In this document: in pieces, positions 9,080 to 19,096 of the stretch | Layout of the letters: the number at the start of each line of letters is the position of its first letter | Position numbering within the stretch: the stretch's first letter is position 1 | Assembly: GCA_029279965.1 (NCBI GenBank) | Contig: JAJUHJ010000001.1 | Span: 1 to 63,941 of the forward strand | Length of the DNA stretch: 63,941 nt | Reading direction: 5' to 3' | DNA from: Phyllobacteriaceae bacterium | Lineage (GTDB): Bacteria; Pseudomonadota; Alphaproteobacteria; Rhizobiales; Rhizobiaceae | Notes under the pieces: generated by a model | What the model was told of the DNA's origin: nothing | Databases searched by the model: none | What the model saw: only the letters and a program-made list of their open reading frames with translations | Position numbers and translations under genes: made by a program

Positions 9080-9859
9080 TCATGCGCATACCTGGTTTCG
9101 ACCAAGGCGCTTGGCCTGATAAAGCATCTTGTCGGCGCGGCGGTAGAACTCGTCTGCCGCTTCCTTCCGGTCCCAGACCGCCAGTCCGATGCTGGTGGTG
9201 ATCCTGAGCCGGACATTGCCGACATTCACGGTCATCGTAGCGATTGCCTTGCGGATACGTTCGGCGAGCTTCAGAAGCGATTCCTGGTTCATATTGGGCG
9301 CGACGATGGCGAATTCCTCGCCACCCAGCCGCGCGACCACATCGTGATAGCGCGTCATGTCCTTGAGGCAGTGCGCCACCTGCCGCAGAACTTCGTCGCC
9401 GGCATCATGACCGTGTGTGTCGTTGACCAGCTTGAACTGGTCAAGGTCGAGGACCATCAGGCCGACGGGTTTGTCGATCCGGCCGAATTCAAGCAGATAT
9501 TCCCGCAGCGCATCGTCAAAGAAGCGGCGATTCTGAGTGCCGGTCAGGCTGTCGGTCAAGGCGGCATGTTCCAGCGATTCCGATCGGGCACTCAGCGACT
9601 CGGTCATCGCACGCAGTTTTCCTTCCTCACGCGCTTGCGTACGGATAAGCGGATAGATGAAGAACAATCCAAAGATGATCGCGGTCGCCAGCAGGATGCC
9701 GATGGTGAACAACAGGCGCGCGAACTCTCCGACTCCGTCGGACGCCAACAATTGCGCGTTCGTGCGCATGGTCCCGTAGGCGAAAAACAGCATGATGCCG
9801 GCGCTCAGCACCAACGCGATGAAGATGAAGAAAGCTGATTCCGCTTTATAAAAACGCAT
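9080..9859 (-). CDS. Membrane-anchored diguanylate cyclase (GGDEF domain)
   Basis: Two N-terminal hydrophobic helices, DSLTG, DLDQFKLVNDTHGHDAGD, RLGGEEF, LYQAK. Start at ATG 9859. Confidence 0.92.
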   Translation of the reverse strand: MRFYKAESAFFIFIALVLSAGIMLFFAYGTMRTNAQLLASDGVGEFARLLFTIGILLATAIIFGLFFIYPLIRTQAREEGKLRAMTESLSARSESLEHAALTDSLTGTQNRRFFDDALREYLLEFGRIDKPVGLMVLDLDQFKLVNDTHGHDAGDEVLRQVAHCLKDMTRYHDVVARLGGEEFAIVAPNMNQESLLKLAERIRKAIATMTVNVGNVRLRITTSIGLAVWDRKEAADEFYRRADKMLYQAKRLGRNQVCA

Positions 9860-9975
9860 GCCCCGCCAACCGTAACCTGCTGCGCCGTTCTCCCACACAG
9901 CGCCTTACGCAAGGTTAATCGGGATGTGCAGATTAGACGTAAATTCCTATTCCTGGATGCAGCGAGTGGGCGCGG

Positions 9976-10860
9976 TCAAACCCCTATACGGCGCCAGTCG
10001 GGCCCGAGCTGATGACGGAACCACGTCATCTGGCGCTTTGCATATTGCCGTGTTGCAGCGGTGGCTTGTCGCACAGCGTCGTCGCGGCCCGATCTCCCGT
10101 CGATCACGGCTGCAAGCTCCCGAACGCCGATCGCCTTCATGGCCGGCACAGACGCGGGAAGATCGAGATTGAGAAGCGCCCTCACCTCCTCCATAGCCCC
10201 GTGTTCCAGCATGGTCTCGAAACGCCGTTGAATGTGCGTTGCAAGCTCAGCGCGGTCCGGCTCCAGGACGATTTTCCGCGCCGCGTTTCTGTCAATCAGG
10301 GGTTGGGCCGGCTCGGTTTGCCACTCGCTAAGCGGTTTTCCGGAAGCCTCCTTCACCTCCAGCGCACGCACGATGCGCTGTCCGTCGGACGGGCGGATTC
10401 TGCCGGCTGAAATCGGATCGATCACGGCCAGAAGTTCATGAAGCGCTTCCGCACCTTCGTCCTTGAGGCGCGCGCGCCCGCGCGCGCGGACACCCGCAGG
10501 AATGTCAGGCATGGGCGAGAGCCCTTCCGTCAACGCACGGAAATACAGCCCCGTGCCGCCGACGAAAATCACCGGTCGCGCCTCCAACCCTTCCACCTCT
10601 GCCAGCGCTTCGACATCGCGCAGCCAGCGTCCGGTGGAATAGGGTTCACGGGGGTCGACGTGGCCGTAAAGGCGGTGCGGCGCAAGCGCCAATTCATCCG
10701 GCCCCGGCCGTGCCGTCAGAAGACGGAGGACCGAATAGACCTGCATCGAATCCGCATTGACGATGATCGCGCCTGACTTGCATGCCATTTCCAGAGCGAA
10801 GGAGGACTTGCCGCTGGCGGTTGGTCCGGCTATCAGGGTGACGTTCTTCAGCAATCTCAT
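9976..10860 (-). CDS. miaA: tRNA dimethylallyltransferase
   Basis: GPTASGKS, NADSMQVY, VGGTGLY, TRQYAKRQMTW. Confidence 0.96.
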   Translation of the reverse strand: MRLLKNVTLIAGPTASGKSSFALEMACKSGAIIVNADSMQVYSVLRLLTARPGPDELALAPHRLYGHVDPREPYSTGRWLRDVEALAEVEGLEARPVIFVGGTGLYFRALTEGLSPMPDIPAGVRARGRARLKDEGAEALHELLAVIDPISAGRIRPSDGQRIVRALEVKEASGKPLSEWQTEPAQPLIDRNAARKIVLEPDRAELATHIQRRFETMLEHGAMEEVRALLNLDLPASVPAMKAIGVRELAAVIDGRSGRDDAVRQATAATRQYAKRQMTWFRHQLGPDWRRIGV

Positions 10861-10883
10861 GCCGGCTCCAGCGGATTTTCTCC

Positions 10884-11771
10884 ATGACACGCGTGGCAAC
10901 GCTCATCTGCAATCCGCAAGCAAGCACGCTCACCCCGTCCATAGCGACTATCGCCAGCGGCGCGGTCAACGCAAGCCGCATCGATTGGCTGGCCGAGGGC
11001 GTCGCCTGCGATATTGTCCTGCCTCAGGACATTTCCAAAGACAATGCTGAGAAATCCCTTCGCGAAGCGGTGGGAGACCTGCCGATCGACGTTGTCATCC
11101 AGCCACTGAAGGGCCGCAAAAAGAAGATGCTGATCGCCGACATGGATTCCACCATGATCGAGCAGGAATGCATCGATGAACTGGCCGATGAAGTCGGCAT
11201 CAAGGATAGGGTTGCCACGATCACGGCGCGTGCCATGAATGGCGAGATCGCTTTTGAGCCGGCCTTGCGAGAGCGTGTGGCACTGCTTGAGGGGCTGGAA
11301 CTTGCCGTGGTGGAACGTGTCATTGAAGAACGCATCACGCTCACCCCCGGCGGGCGTGAATTGCTGGCGACGATGAACGCTGCCGGCGCTCACACCGCAC
11401 TCGTTTCGGGCGGCTTCGACGTTTTCACCGGCCGCATCGCCGCTACTCTCGGCTTTCGTGAGCACCGGGCAAATCGCTTGATCGAGCAGGCAGGGCGGCT
11501 TGCCGGAAAGGTTGCGGAACCGATCCTCGGCCGCCAGGCAAAGGCGGACGCCCTCAAGGAAATGGCCGCACGGCTTGAGATCCAGCACAGCGAGGTCATG
11601 GCCGTGGGAGACGGGGCAAACGATCTCGACATGTTGCGCCTCGCCGGGGCCGGGGTCGCACTGCATGCCAAACCAGCCGTTGCGGCGGAAGCGGGTATGC
11701 GCATCGACCACGCCGACCTGACCGCACTCCTCTACATCCAGGGCTACCGGCAAGAAGAGTTCGTGACATGA
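10884..11771 (+). CDS. serB: Phosphoserine phosphatase
   Basis: HAD motifs DMDST, VSGGF, GDGAND. Divergent from miaA. Confidence 0.96.
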   Translation: MTRVATLICNPQASTLTPSIATIASGAVNASRIDWLAEGVACDIVLPQDISKDNAEKSLREAVGDLPIDVVIQPLKGRKKKMLIADMDSTMIEQECIDELADEVGIKDRVATITARAMNGEIAFEPALRERVALLEGLELAVVERVIEERITLTPGGRELLATMNAAGAHTALVSGGFDVFTGRIAATLGFREHRANRLIEQAGRLAGKVAEPILGRQAKADALKEMAARLEIQHSEVMAVGDGANDLDMLRLAGAGVALHAKPAVAAEAGMRIDHADLTALLYIQGYRQEEFVT

Positions 11772-12373
11772 GGCCGATCCGCACGAAGCGCCTCGTCATC
11801 CGCAATTGGGAGGAAGGGGATCGGGGCCTCTTCCATCGCCTCAATTCGGACGAGCAGGTAATGGAATTCTTTCCCTTCCGGCGTGACCGTGTGCAGTCTG
11901 ACCAGCTTTTCGACCGCTTGCGCGAGGATATCGACGACCGAGGTTTCGGCTTCGCCGCACTGGAGATCAAGCAGACGGGCGAGTGCATCGGCTTCGCCGG
12001 TCTTCACCCCGCAGATGTCTCCTCGCTGCCGCCAGGGACGATCGAGATCGGCTGGCGAACCACGCCGGAACATTGGGGCAACGGGTATGTCACCGAAGCA
12101 GCCAACGCCTGGTTGGATTACGGTTTCGAAGCGCTGGGTCTGACGGAGATCGTCTCATTTGCGGTGTGGAACAACAAGCGCTCGATCGCAGTGATGGAGC
12201 GCATCGGAATGACGGCGGATCCGAGCAGGGATTTCGACCACCCGGCGGTGCCCAACAGCCATCCGCATCTCAAACGTCACGTTCTCTACCGCATCAGCGA
12301 TGAAAAATGGCGGCAGCGACGTGCTTCTGCCGAGGCACGCGCCAACCCTGGCTCTACTCCATCCGCAGAGTGA
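11768..12373 (+). CDS. GNAT N-acetyltransferase (RimJ/RimL-like)
   Basis: IRTKRLVIR, EIGWR, HWGNGYVTEAA, NKRSIAVMERIGM. ATGA overlap with serB. Confidence 0.88.
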   Translation: MRPIRTKRLVIRNWEEGDRGLFHRLNSDEQVMEFFPFRRDRVQSDQLFDRLREDIDDRGFGFAALEIKQTGECIGFAGLHPADVSSLPPGTIEIGWRTTPEHWGNGYVTEAANAWLDYGFEALGLTEIVSFAVWNNKRSIAVMERIGMTADPSRDFDHPAVPNSHPHLKRHVLYRISDEKWRQRRASAEARANPGSTPSAE

Positions 12374-13853
12374 TAAAGCGCAATTCGCCGGATTTGGACG
12401 CCAGCATGAGCAGTGCGTTCTTACGGCCCTGCCCCTTCAGATATTCGATCTGATCCAGCACATCCTTGGGAGTGGAAACGGATTGCAGCGCGATCTCGAC
12501 GATCACGTCGCCCGGCTGCACTCCTTCGACCGCCGCCGGGGAACCCTCTTTCACCTCGGAGACGAGCACGCCCGTAATGCCTTCGGCCAACTCAAACTCG
12601 GTACGCCTGTTATCGTCGAGTTCCACGACCGTCATGCCCAGGACATCGGCGCTTGCCAGCACCGTTTCTTCCTCCTCCGCCGCATCGTCGGCCGAGGCCA
12701 TGCTGTCAGGTTCCTCAAGAAGGCCAAGCGTCACGCGCACCGTCTCCTGCTCGCCATCCCGCAGGATCTCGATGGCCACCTCTTTGCCAACGGCGCTTTC
12801 TGCCACGATCCGGCCAAGCTCCCGCACATCTGCGACGCTATTTCCGTCGAAGGTCAAGATGATATCGCCGGCTTCCAGCATGCCGTTGTCGGCCGGGCTG
12901 CCCTCCTCGATACCGCTGATGAGGACACCGTCCGCGTTCTCAAGACCGAGGCTCTCGGCAATTTCCTCGGTCACCGGCTGAATGCGCACGCCAAGCCAGC
13001 CACGCCGTGTCTGGCCATACTCACGCAATTGCTCCACGACGTTGAGCGCCATCTTTGACGGGATGGCGAACCCGATGCCGATCGAGCCGCCCGTGGGCGA
13101 GATAATCGCCGTGTTAATGCCGATCACCTCGCCATCCATATTGAAGAGAGGCCCGCCCGAATTGCCCCGGTTGATGGCTGCATCCGTCTGAATGTAGTCG
13201 TCATAGAGGCCGGAGCCGATCTGCCGGTTTCGCGCCGAGACGATGCCGACGGTCACCGTTCCCCCAAAGCCGAACGGATTGCCAATCGCCATGACCCAGT
13301 CGCCGATCCGCATGCTGTCGGAATCGCCGAAACTGACCTCCTCAAGTTGCTTGCCTTCTGGATCGACCTTGAGCACCGCCAGGTCGGTCTTGCTGTCGAC
13401 ACCCAGCAATTCCGCCGTTCTGGTATCCCCGTCGGCGAAATTGACGACAATCTCATCGGCGCCTGTAATGACGTGATTGTTGGTGACGATAACGCCGTCT
13501 TCGGCGTCGATCACAAAGCCGGAGCCGAGGGAAGAACCGGGACCGGGCATATGCGGCGGCGCATCACCATCGTTAAAGAACTCGTTGAAATAGTCTTCGA
13601 AGGGAGAGTCGTCCGGCAATTGCGGCATGGGCACACGTCCCGGACCACGCGGTTCGGCATTCTGCGTGGTTGATATGTTGACGACAGCGTCGACAAGCCG
13701 CTCAGCCACATCGGCGACCGATCCGGGCCCGGGCGACGGCGTCTCCTGCGCAAAGCCGGACAGCGGCGCGATGGCCACACCGGCAGCAAGAGCAGCAGTT
13801 GCCAAGGTCCGGCGGGAAGCATCAAGAAATGTCGGCGAGGGCATTCGTGGCAA
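12354..13853 (-). CDS. degP: Periplasmic serine endoprotease DegP/Do with two PDZ domains
   Basis: Signal peptide, GSGF, TNNHV, DLAVLK, TDAAINRGNSGGPL. Confidence 0.93.
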   Translation of the reverse strand: MPRMPSPTFLDASRRTLATAALAAGVAIAPLSGFAQETPSPGPGSVADVAERLVDAVVNISTTQNAEPRGPGRVPMPQLPDDSPFEDYFNEFFNDGDAPPHMPGPGSSLGSGFVIDAEDGVIVTNNHVITGADEIVVNFADGDTRTAELLGVDSKTDLAVLKVDPEGKQLEEVSFGDSDSMRIGDWVMAIGNPFGFGGTVTVGIVSARNRQIGSGLYDDYIQTDAAINRGNSGGPLFNMDGEVIGINTAIISPTGGSIGIGFAIPSKMALNVVEQLREYGQTRRGWLGVRIQPVTEEIAESLGLENADGVLISGIEEGSPADNGMLEAGDIILTFDGNSVADVRELGRIVAESAVGKEVAIEILRDGEQETVRVTLGLLEEPDSMASADDAAEEEETVLASADVLGMTVVELDDNRRTEFELAEGITGVLVSEVKEGSPAAVEGVQPGDVIVEIALQSVSTPKDVLDQIEYLKGQGRKNALLMLASKSGELRFITLRME

Positions 13854-14008
13854 TCTCCCGTTCAGCGCGCGCTTCCGTCAGCGCCCTGGATGCCATGATC
13901 CGGCGCGAATGGGGCGTGTTTACGGCCAATATATAGCAGCGCCTGCGCGCTGCCAGCCTCACTGCAATCCCTTAAGGTGCTGCCAGATAACTCCATCTGG
14001 CTGCAATG

Positions 14009-14194
14009 CTAGCCGCGCACCAGCCAGACAATGAGAACCCCCACTGCCATAACTGCCAGGCCCGTGGCGCGCATGACGCCTTCCGGCATATCGATGATAT
14101 CCGCGGCCATGCGCTTGGCCAGCCGCGGCAGCCCGCCATAAAGCAATCCCTCGAAGACGAGGACGAGACCGAGCGCGGCGAGGAAATCGCTCAC
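14009..14194 (-). CDS. DUF2065 family small membrane protein
   Basis: ALGLVLVFEGLLY...MRATGL. Canonical position downstream of hflC. Confidence 0.85.
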   Translation of the reverse strand: MSDFLAALGLVLVFEGLLYGGLPRLAKRMAADIIDMPEGVMRATGLAVMAVGVLIVWLVRG

Positions 14195-14240
14195 GGCGTC
14201 AACGAGCCCGGCCCGTCTTTCCCATCACGGCCGGCCCCGC

Positions 14241-15227
14241 CTACTGCGCATTATCCATAGCCGGGGCATTCGCCTCGGCGGCGGATTGCGGCCGCTCCGG
14301 GCTGATCGCACCGGTCAGGGGCGGCGACGCGTCGGTACCGCCCTGCCCCCCGCCTTCCGCGCTCCGGAAATAGCGGAAGAACTCGCTATCCGGACTCAAC
14401 AGCATTGTCGTCCCTTCCGGGTCGAGTGCCTCCCGGTAGGCAGCCATCGAACGATAGAACTCGAAGAATTCCGGATCACGCTGGAAAGCCTCGGCAAAGG
14501 TGGCGTTGCGCTCGGCCTCACCCTCACCACGCAGGATCTCCGCCTCACGCTGGGCCGCGGCCTGGATTTCGACCACTTCGCGGTCCGCGCGAGCGCGAAT
14601 GCGAGCGGCCCCTTCGCGGCCGCGCGCCCTGATGCGTTCGGCTTCGGCCAGGCGCTCGGCTTTCATGCGTTCATAGGTCTGCTGCGACACCTCGTCGCTC
14701 AGATCGGTTCGCCGGATGCGGACGTCATTGATGGTCAAGCCCAGCGAGGCGGCGTCGGGACGCAGTTGCTCGGCGACCTCCCGCATCATCGACGCGCGCT
14801 CTTCCGACAGCGCGGCCTCAAAGCCACGCAGGCCGTAGACACGCCGGAGCGCTGCGTCGAGGCGGGTTCTCAGCCTTTGTTCCGCAAGGGGTATGCTGCC
14901 GGAAACCGCCTGCCGGAAACGTCGCGGGTCATCGATCGAATAGGCGACGAACGCATCCACTTCGTAGAATTTGCCGCCCGAGACCTGCACGCGAAGCTCA
15001 TCGAGATCGAAGCGCAGGATGCGGTCCTCGATGAACTGCACATTGTCGGCTTCAGCGAAGGAGAAAGGCAGCTTGAAGTAAAGGCCCGGATCGCTCTCCA
15101 CACGGACGATTTCACCGAACCGCAGCACAATCGCCTGTTGCCGCTCATTGACGACGAAAATCGACGAGTAGAGCAGGAACAGCAAAACCGCGGCAATGAC
15201 GACGATGAAAGGAAGACGGTTAGACAT
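14241..15227 (-). CDS. hflC: FtsH protease modulator HflC
   Basis: SPFH domain, RMKAER, GEGEA, DPEFFEFYRSM, LSPDSEFFRYF. Confidence 0.96.
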   Translation of the reverse strand: MSNRLPFIVVIAAVLLFLLYSSIFVVNERQQAIVLRFGEIVRVESDPGLYFKLPFSFAEADNVQFIEDRILRFDLDELRVQVSGGKFYEVDAFVAYSIDDPRRFRQAVSGSIPLAEQRLRTRLDAALRRVYGLRGFEAALSEERASMMREVAEQLRPDAASLGLTINDVRIRRTDLSDEVSQQTYERMKAERLAEAERIRARGREGAARIRARADREVVEIQAAAQREAEILRGEGEAERNATFAEAFQRDPEFFEFYRSMAAYREALDPEGTTMLLSPDSEFFRYFRSAEGGGQGGTDASPPLTGAISPERPQSAAEANAPAMDNAQ

Positions 15228-16360
15228 CAGTTACCCCCCTGCGTCTGCAGGCCGCTCTGGACGTTGTTATTGTTCTGGTTTCCGGGAGCCATTCGCTGGC
15301 GAAGTTCCGGCAGCGGGAGATAGGGCACGACGCCCTGGCCGTTTTCCTGCCCAACGATGACCTTGCTGGAGCCGCGCAAGACGTCCTCCATGGTTTCGAG
15401 GAACAGGCGCTGGCGTGTAACATCCGGCGCTTGCGCATATTCGTCATAAACGGAGACGAAACGCTGCGCCTCACCTTGCGCCTCGAGAACGACGCGGTTC
15501 TTGTAGGCTGCGGCTTCTTCGCGGATGCGAGCCGCTTCACCGCGCGCCTGGCCGAGCTGCTGGTTGGAATACTGATTGGCTTCTTCGACGAAACGGGCCT
15601 CGTCCTGCTCGGCGCGCTGCACCTCTTCGAATGCGTCTGCCACCTCCCGCGGGGGCGCGGCATCCTCGATCGAGAGCGCATTGACCGACATCCCGGCGCC
15701 GTAATCGTCCAGCGATGTCTGAATGATGGTCTGCACCTCACCGGCAATGCCCTGGCGGTCATCGCGGAAGATGTCCTCAGCCGGACGCCGTCCCACCACT
15801 TCGCGCATCGCGCTTTCAGCCACCTGGCGCACCATGCCATCGGGGTCATCGACGTTGAAGAGATAAGCAGCCGGATCGGCGACCTCGTAAGCAACGGAGA
15901 ACGTCACGTCGACGATGTTCTGGTCTCCGGAAAGCATCAGGCCGGAGGAGGTTCCACCGCGCTCCTCGCCAATGCTGACGAGCCGTTCTGCAATGGAAAC
16001 CAGCTCAACGGTTTCAATCGGCCACCAGTGAAAATGCAGGCCGGGCTCGGAAATATCCTGCTTGGGTTCGCCAAAACGCAACTCCAGAGCCATCTGGTCC
16101 GGCTGAACGGAATAGATCGCCTTGAACAACCATAACCCGGCAATGACCAGTATGATGAGTGCGAACATGGCCGGGCTCGGCCCGCCGCCGCCCGGCAGGA
16201 TGCGTTTTAGCCGGTCCTGCCCGCGCCGGATGATCTCCTCAAGATCAGGGGGCGATCCCTGAGGCCCGCCACTTGGGCCCCGCGGACCCTGGCCCCACGG
16301 CCCCCCGTCATTTCCACCGCCACCCCAAGGGCCACCGCCGCTCTGATTGTTCCAGGGCAT
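15227..16360 (-). CDS. hflK: FtsH protease modulator HflK
   Basis: MPWNNQSGGGPWG N-terminus, PPDLEE, LMLSGDQNIVDV, APDVTRQRLFLETME, GVVPYLPL. Start at ATG 16360. Confidence 0.96.
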   Translation of the reverse strand: MPWNNQSGGGPWGGGGNDGGPWGQGPRGPSGGPQGSPPDLEEIIRRGQDRLKRILPGGGGPSPAMFALIILVIAGLWLFKAIYSVQPDQMALELRFGEPKQDISEPGLHFHWWPIETVELVSIAERLVSIGEERGGTSSGLMLSGDQNIVDVTFSVAYEVADPAAYLFNVDDPDGMVRQVAESAMREVVGRRPAEDIFRDDRQGIAGEVQTIIQTSLDDYGAGMSVNALSIEDAAPPREVADAFEEVQRAEQDEARFVEEANQYSNQQLGQARGEAARIREEAAAYKNRVVLEAQGEAQRFVSVYDEYAQAPDVTRQRLFLETMEDVLRGSSKVIVGQENGQGVVPYLPLPELRQRMAPGNQNNNNVQSGLQTQGGN

Positions 16361-16420
16361 TATTGTTCCTTCTTGCTCGCCCGCCTCCCGGTCGGGACCG
16401 GCGGTATTCCCATTCACCTG

Positions 16421-16448
16421 TTATAGGTGTGCGAAACAGCGCTTTCAA
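16421..16448 (-). promoter_or_regulatory. Putative RpoH (sigma32)-type promoter of hflK-hflC
   Basis: TTGAAA-N15-CCTATAA, resembling the rhizobial RpoH consensus CTTGAA-N15/16-CCTATAT. Confidence 0.5.
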
Positions 16449-16499
16449 CGCGACACGCCACCACGAAACCACGTTGCGCGGCTCAGCCGCAGGTCCCCG

Positions 16500-17018
16500 T
16501 CAGGCAGACTGCCGCCGTTCGTAAACGACGTAGCGCGTCGGGTAAATGTCCTTTTCTCCGGCGGGGACTGACTCCGTCGAGACTGGTTGCCATACACCCG
16601 TGTCGATTTTTGGAAAAAAGACATCGCCCTCGACCATGGCGTCTACATGTGTGACGTAGAGCCGGTCAGCGCGCGTCATCGCCTCGCGAAAGATGCCGCC
16701 GCCACCGATAACGCAGATCTCGCTCCCCTCGCCCGCCCGCGTCCGCGCCGCCTCAAGCGCCTCCTCCAAAGATGCGGCAGTCGTCGCGCCCTCGGCCCTG
16801 TAGGTCTTGTCGCGTGTGACCACGAGATTAAGCCGGCCCGGCAACGGCCGTCCTATGCTCTCCCACGTCTTGCGTCCCATGATGATGGGCTTGCCCATCG
16901 TGATGGCCTTGAAGCGCTTCAGGTCCGTGGAAAGCCGCCATGGCAGCCCGCCGGCGCGACCGATCACCCCGTTTTCCGCCACGGCAACAACGAGGGCGAG
17001 TTTCATGTTACGCTCCAT
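16500..17018 (-). CDS. folA: Dihydrofolate reductase
   Basis: AVAENGVIG, LPWRLSTDLKRFK, IMGRKTWESIGRPLPGR, VIGGG, GDVFFP. Confidence 0.96.
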   Translation of the reverse strand: MERNMKLALVVAVAENGVIGRAGGLPWRLSTDLKRFKAITMGKPIIMGRKTWESIGRPLPGRLNLVVTRDKTYRAEGATTAASLEEALEAARTRAGEGSEICVIGGGGIFREAMTRADRLYVTHVDAMVEGDVFFPKIDTGVWQPVSTESVPAGEKDIYPTRYVVYERRQSA

Positions 17019-17084
17019 AATGTCGCCATGCGTCCATCTTGACGCACCAGGGGCGCTGGATCCTGCAAAATGCTCTCGCCTGCC

Positions 17085-17879
17085 TCAAACCGCAATCGGC
17101 GCGCGAATGGTGGGATCGGCCACATAGCCTTCCAGCCGGAAATCCTCGTAGCGGAATGCGAAAAGATCATCTACCCCGGGGTTGATCCACATCGTGGGCA
17201 AAGGCTTGGGTGTGCGGGTCAATTGCTCGCGCGCCTGGTCGAAATGGTTTCGGTAGAGATGCGCATCACCGAGCGTGTGGACGAAATCACCCGGCATCAG
17301 CCCGCTCACCTGCGCCACCATCATCGTCAGCAGCGCATAGGAAGCGATATTAAAAGGCACGCCCAGGAAAATATCGGCTGAGCGCTGATAGAGTTGGCAG
17401 GACAGCCGCCCCTCCGCCACATGGAACTGGAACAGACAGTGGCATGGCGGCAGCGCCATCTCGTCGATAAGCGCTGGATTCCACGCAGTCACGACATGAC
17501 GTCTCGAGTAAGGATTTTCCTTCAACTCCCTGAGAAGAATCGCGATCTGGTCGATATGGCGGCCATCCGGCGCAGGCCAGGACCGCCACTGGGCGCCATA
17601 GACCGGACCAAGATTGCCGTCCTCGTCCGCCCACTCATCCCAGATGCTGACACCGTTCTCCTTGAGGTAATGGATATTCGTGTCGCCTTTCAGAAACCAT
17701 AGAAGTTCGTGAATGATCGACTTCAGATGGAGTTTCTTCGTGGTCAGGACTGGAAATCCCGCTGCCAGATCGTAGCGCATCTGATAGCCGAACACGCCGC
17801 GGGTGCCCACACCGGTACGGTCGTCCCGGTCGACACCGTTTTCAAGGACATGGGCAAGGAGATCGAGATACTGACGCAT
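17085..17879 (-). CDS. thyA: Thymidylate synthase
   Basis: [42 protein letters not shown]. Confidence 0.98.
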   Translation of the reverse strand: MRQYLDLLAHVLENGVDRDDRTGVGTRGVFGYQMRYDLAAGFPVLTTKKLHLKSIIHELLWFLKGDTNIHYLKENGVSIWDEWADEDGNLGPVYGAQWRSWPAPDGRHIDQIAILLRELKENPYSRRHVVTAWNPALIDEMALPPCHCLFQFHVAEGRLSCQLYQRSADIFLGVPFNIASYALLTMMVAQVSGLMPGDFVHTLGDAHLYRNHFDQAREQLTRTPKPLPTMWINPGVDDLFAFRYEDFRLEGYVADPTIRAPIAV

Positions 17880-17966
17880 GGGATTAGGAGAACCGAATCG
17901 GAAACAGTGGTCCGATCATAGGTCGGGGCGGGACACGGCGAAATGCCCGGCCCCGCCGAAAGGCCT

Positions 17967-18299
17967 TCAAAGGGCCGACAGCTTGCCCAGCTGCTTGGCA
18001 ACAAGGTAATAAAACGTCACCCGGCTCTTGGATCTGTCTGCCGCCATGGTTTCACAGACCTTCTCGATGGCGGAATCGCATCGCGCATCGTCCGTCTCAC
18101 CGAATTTCTTCTTGCACCACTTTTCGCGCACACGCGAAAGTTCCTCCGGGTCGCTGCACGAAACGAGCGAAGAATCGCGGTTGCGCAAGGCAATGCCCAA
18201 ATGCTTGACGATCTTGTCGACAACAGCTTCGTCGGCGGTAGCGTCGTATTTGCGGATATCGGCGAGATAATCCATGCTCATGTCCTTTAGCCTCTCCAT
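17967..18299 (-). CDS. DUF2853 family protein
   Basis: IALRNRDSSLVSCSDPEEL...KSRVTFYYL pattern recalled from this family. Confidence 0.75.
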   Translation of the reverse strand: MERLKDMSMDYLADIRKYDATADEAVVDKIVKHLGIALRNRDSSLVSCSDPEELSRVREKWCKKKFGETDDARCDSAIEKVCETMAADRSKSRVTFYYLVAKQLGKLSAL

Positions 18300-18525
18300 T
18301 ACATCCCGTCACCAGGGCGAATATCGCACCGCCACGGGCCCCCTGGCGCTTGTCCTGTCCCATTGGATTCACAGGAGGCACGCCATCGCTTCAACCGATG
18401 CATTCGGCTTGCCGCGATGCATCGGTCGAAAGCTTTGACAATGGATTACGGCAAGTCAACGAAAAACGGCAATTCGCGACGGCCCGGCCCTTCCATTGCG
18501 CGGTCGGCACGCCTATATTGGCTCT

Positions 18526-18855
18526 GTCGGCCTTGTGCCGACTATGGCGATAAACGGCCGATGCAATAAGCCAATCGGACCCGGGGGCAGTGCCCGGCGC
18601 CTCCACCACAAACCGTCGAAGGCTTCGAGCCACGGACGGCCTGTGATGGGGGCGAAACAGGATCGACGATGGTGTAAAGATCGGACTTTCGCTCGGCATG
18701 GTACCACCGTGATCGGACCGAACCTAATAGTTGCCAACGACAACTATGCGGAAGCACGTCTCGCCGCGTAAGTGGTGCGATAGCTTCAATTCAAGTCTCA
18801 GGCCGTCGCAGGTCTGAGCGGGGTTCGGAGGCACCTGGCAACAGAAGCCTCCACT
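18526..18855 (+). ncRNA. ssrA: tmRNA, circularly permuted two-piece alphaproteobacterial type
   Basis: The acceptor piece ends ...CCCGGGGGCAGTGCCCGGCGCCTCCACCA (18608). A 39-nt spacer follows, then the coding piece starts GGGGGCGAAACAGGATCGAC (18648). G3.U70 pair present. Tag frame ANDNYAEARLAA* at 18733-18771. Outer ends approximate. Confidence 0.95.
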
Positions 18856-18945
18856 TCCCTCTTCGTTATTCCCCACCGTTGAACATGCGTCCGCGCCCCT
18901 CGCGCGGGAATGCATCGCCTGTCCGATCGGCACGGATCGGTACGA

Positions 18946-19050
18946 TAGCGCGCCGTGCGTCTTTTTGGACGCACAAGGACGCGCAATCTCATTGAATCTA
19001 CGCATCGTGCTTTGCGAAAATCGATTCAGATTTTCGGGCCGATGCCGTAG
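18946..19050 (+). repeat. RIME/MITE-like bipartite palindromic intergenic repeat, copy 1
   Basis: Two hairpins (GTGCGTC..GACGCAC and CATCG..CGAAAATC..GATTTTCG..CGATG). Nearly identical to 30823-30928. Confidence 0.85.
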
Positions 19051-19096
19051 CGCGCGCATTTCCAAAGACGAAGGGGCGCCCAACAGAGGAAGCTCC

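Noticed and set aside
9904-9918. CtrA-like site upstream of the GGDEF gene (TTAACCTTGCGTAAG on the minus strand)
   Set aside because: The second half-site and spacing do not fit TTAA-N7-TTAA, so it is at best a half-site. The same applies to a GTAAC-N5-GTAAG upstream of lpxC.
18350-18992. Several short ORFs around ssrA, and a possible island integrated at tmRNA
   Set aside because: The ORFs overlap the tmRNA gene. No integrase or duplicated tmRNA end was seen.
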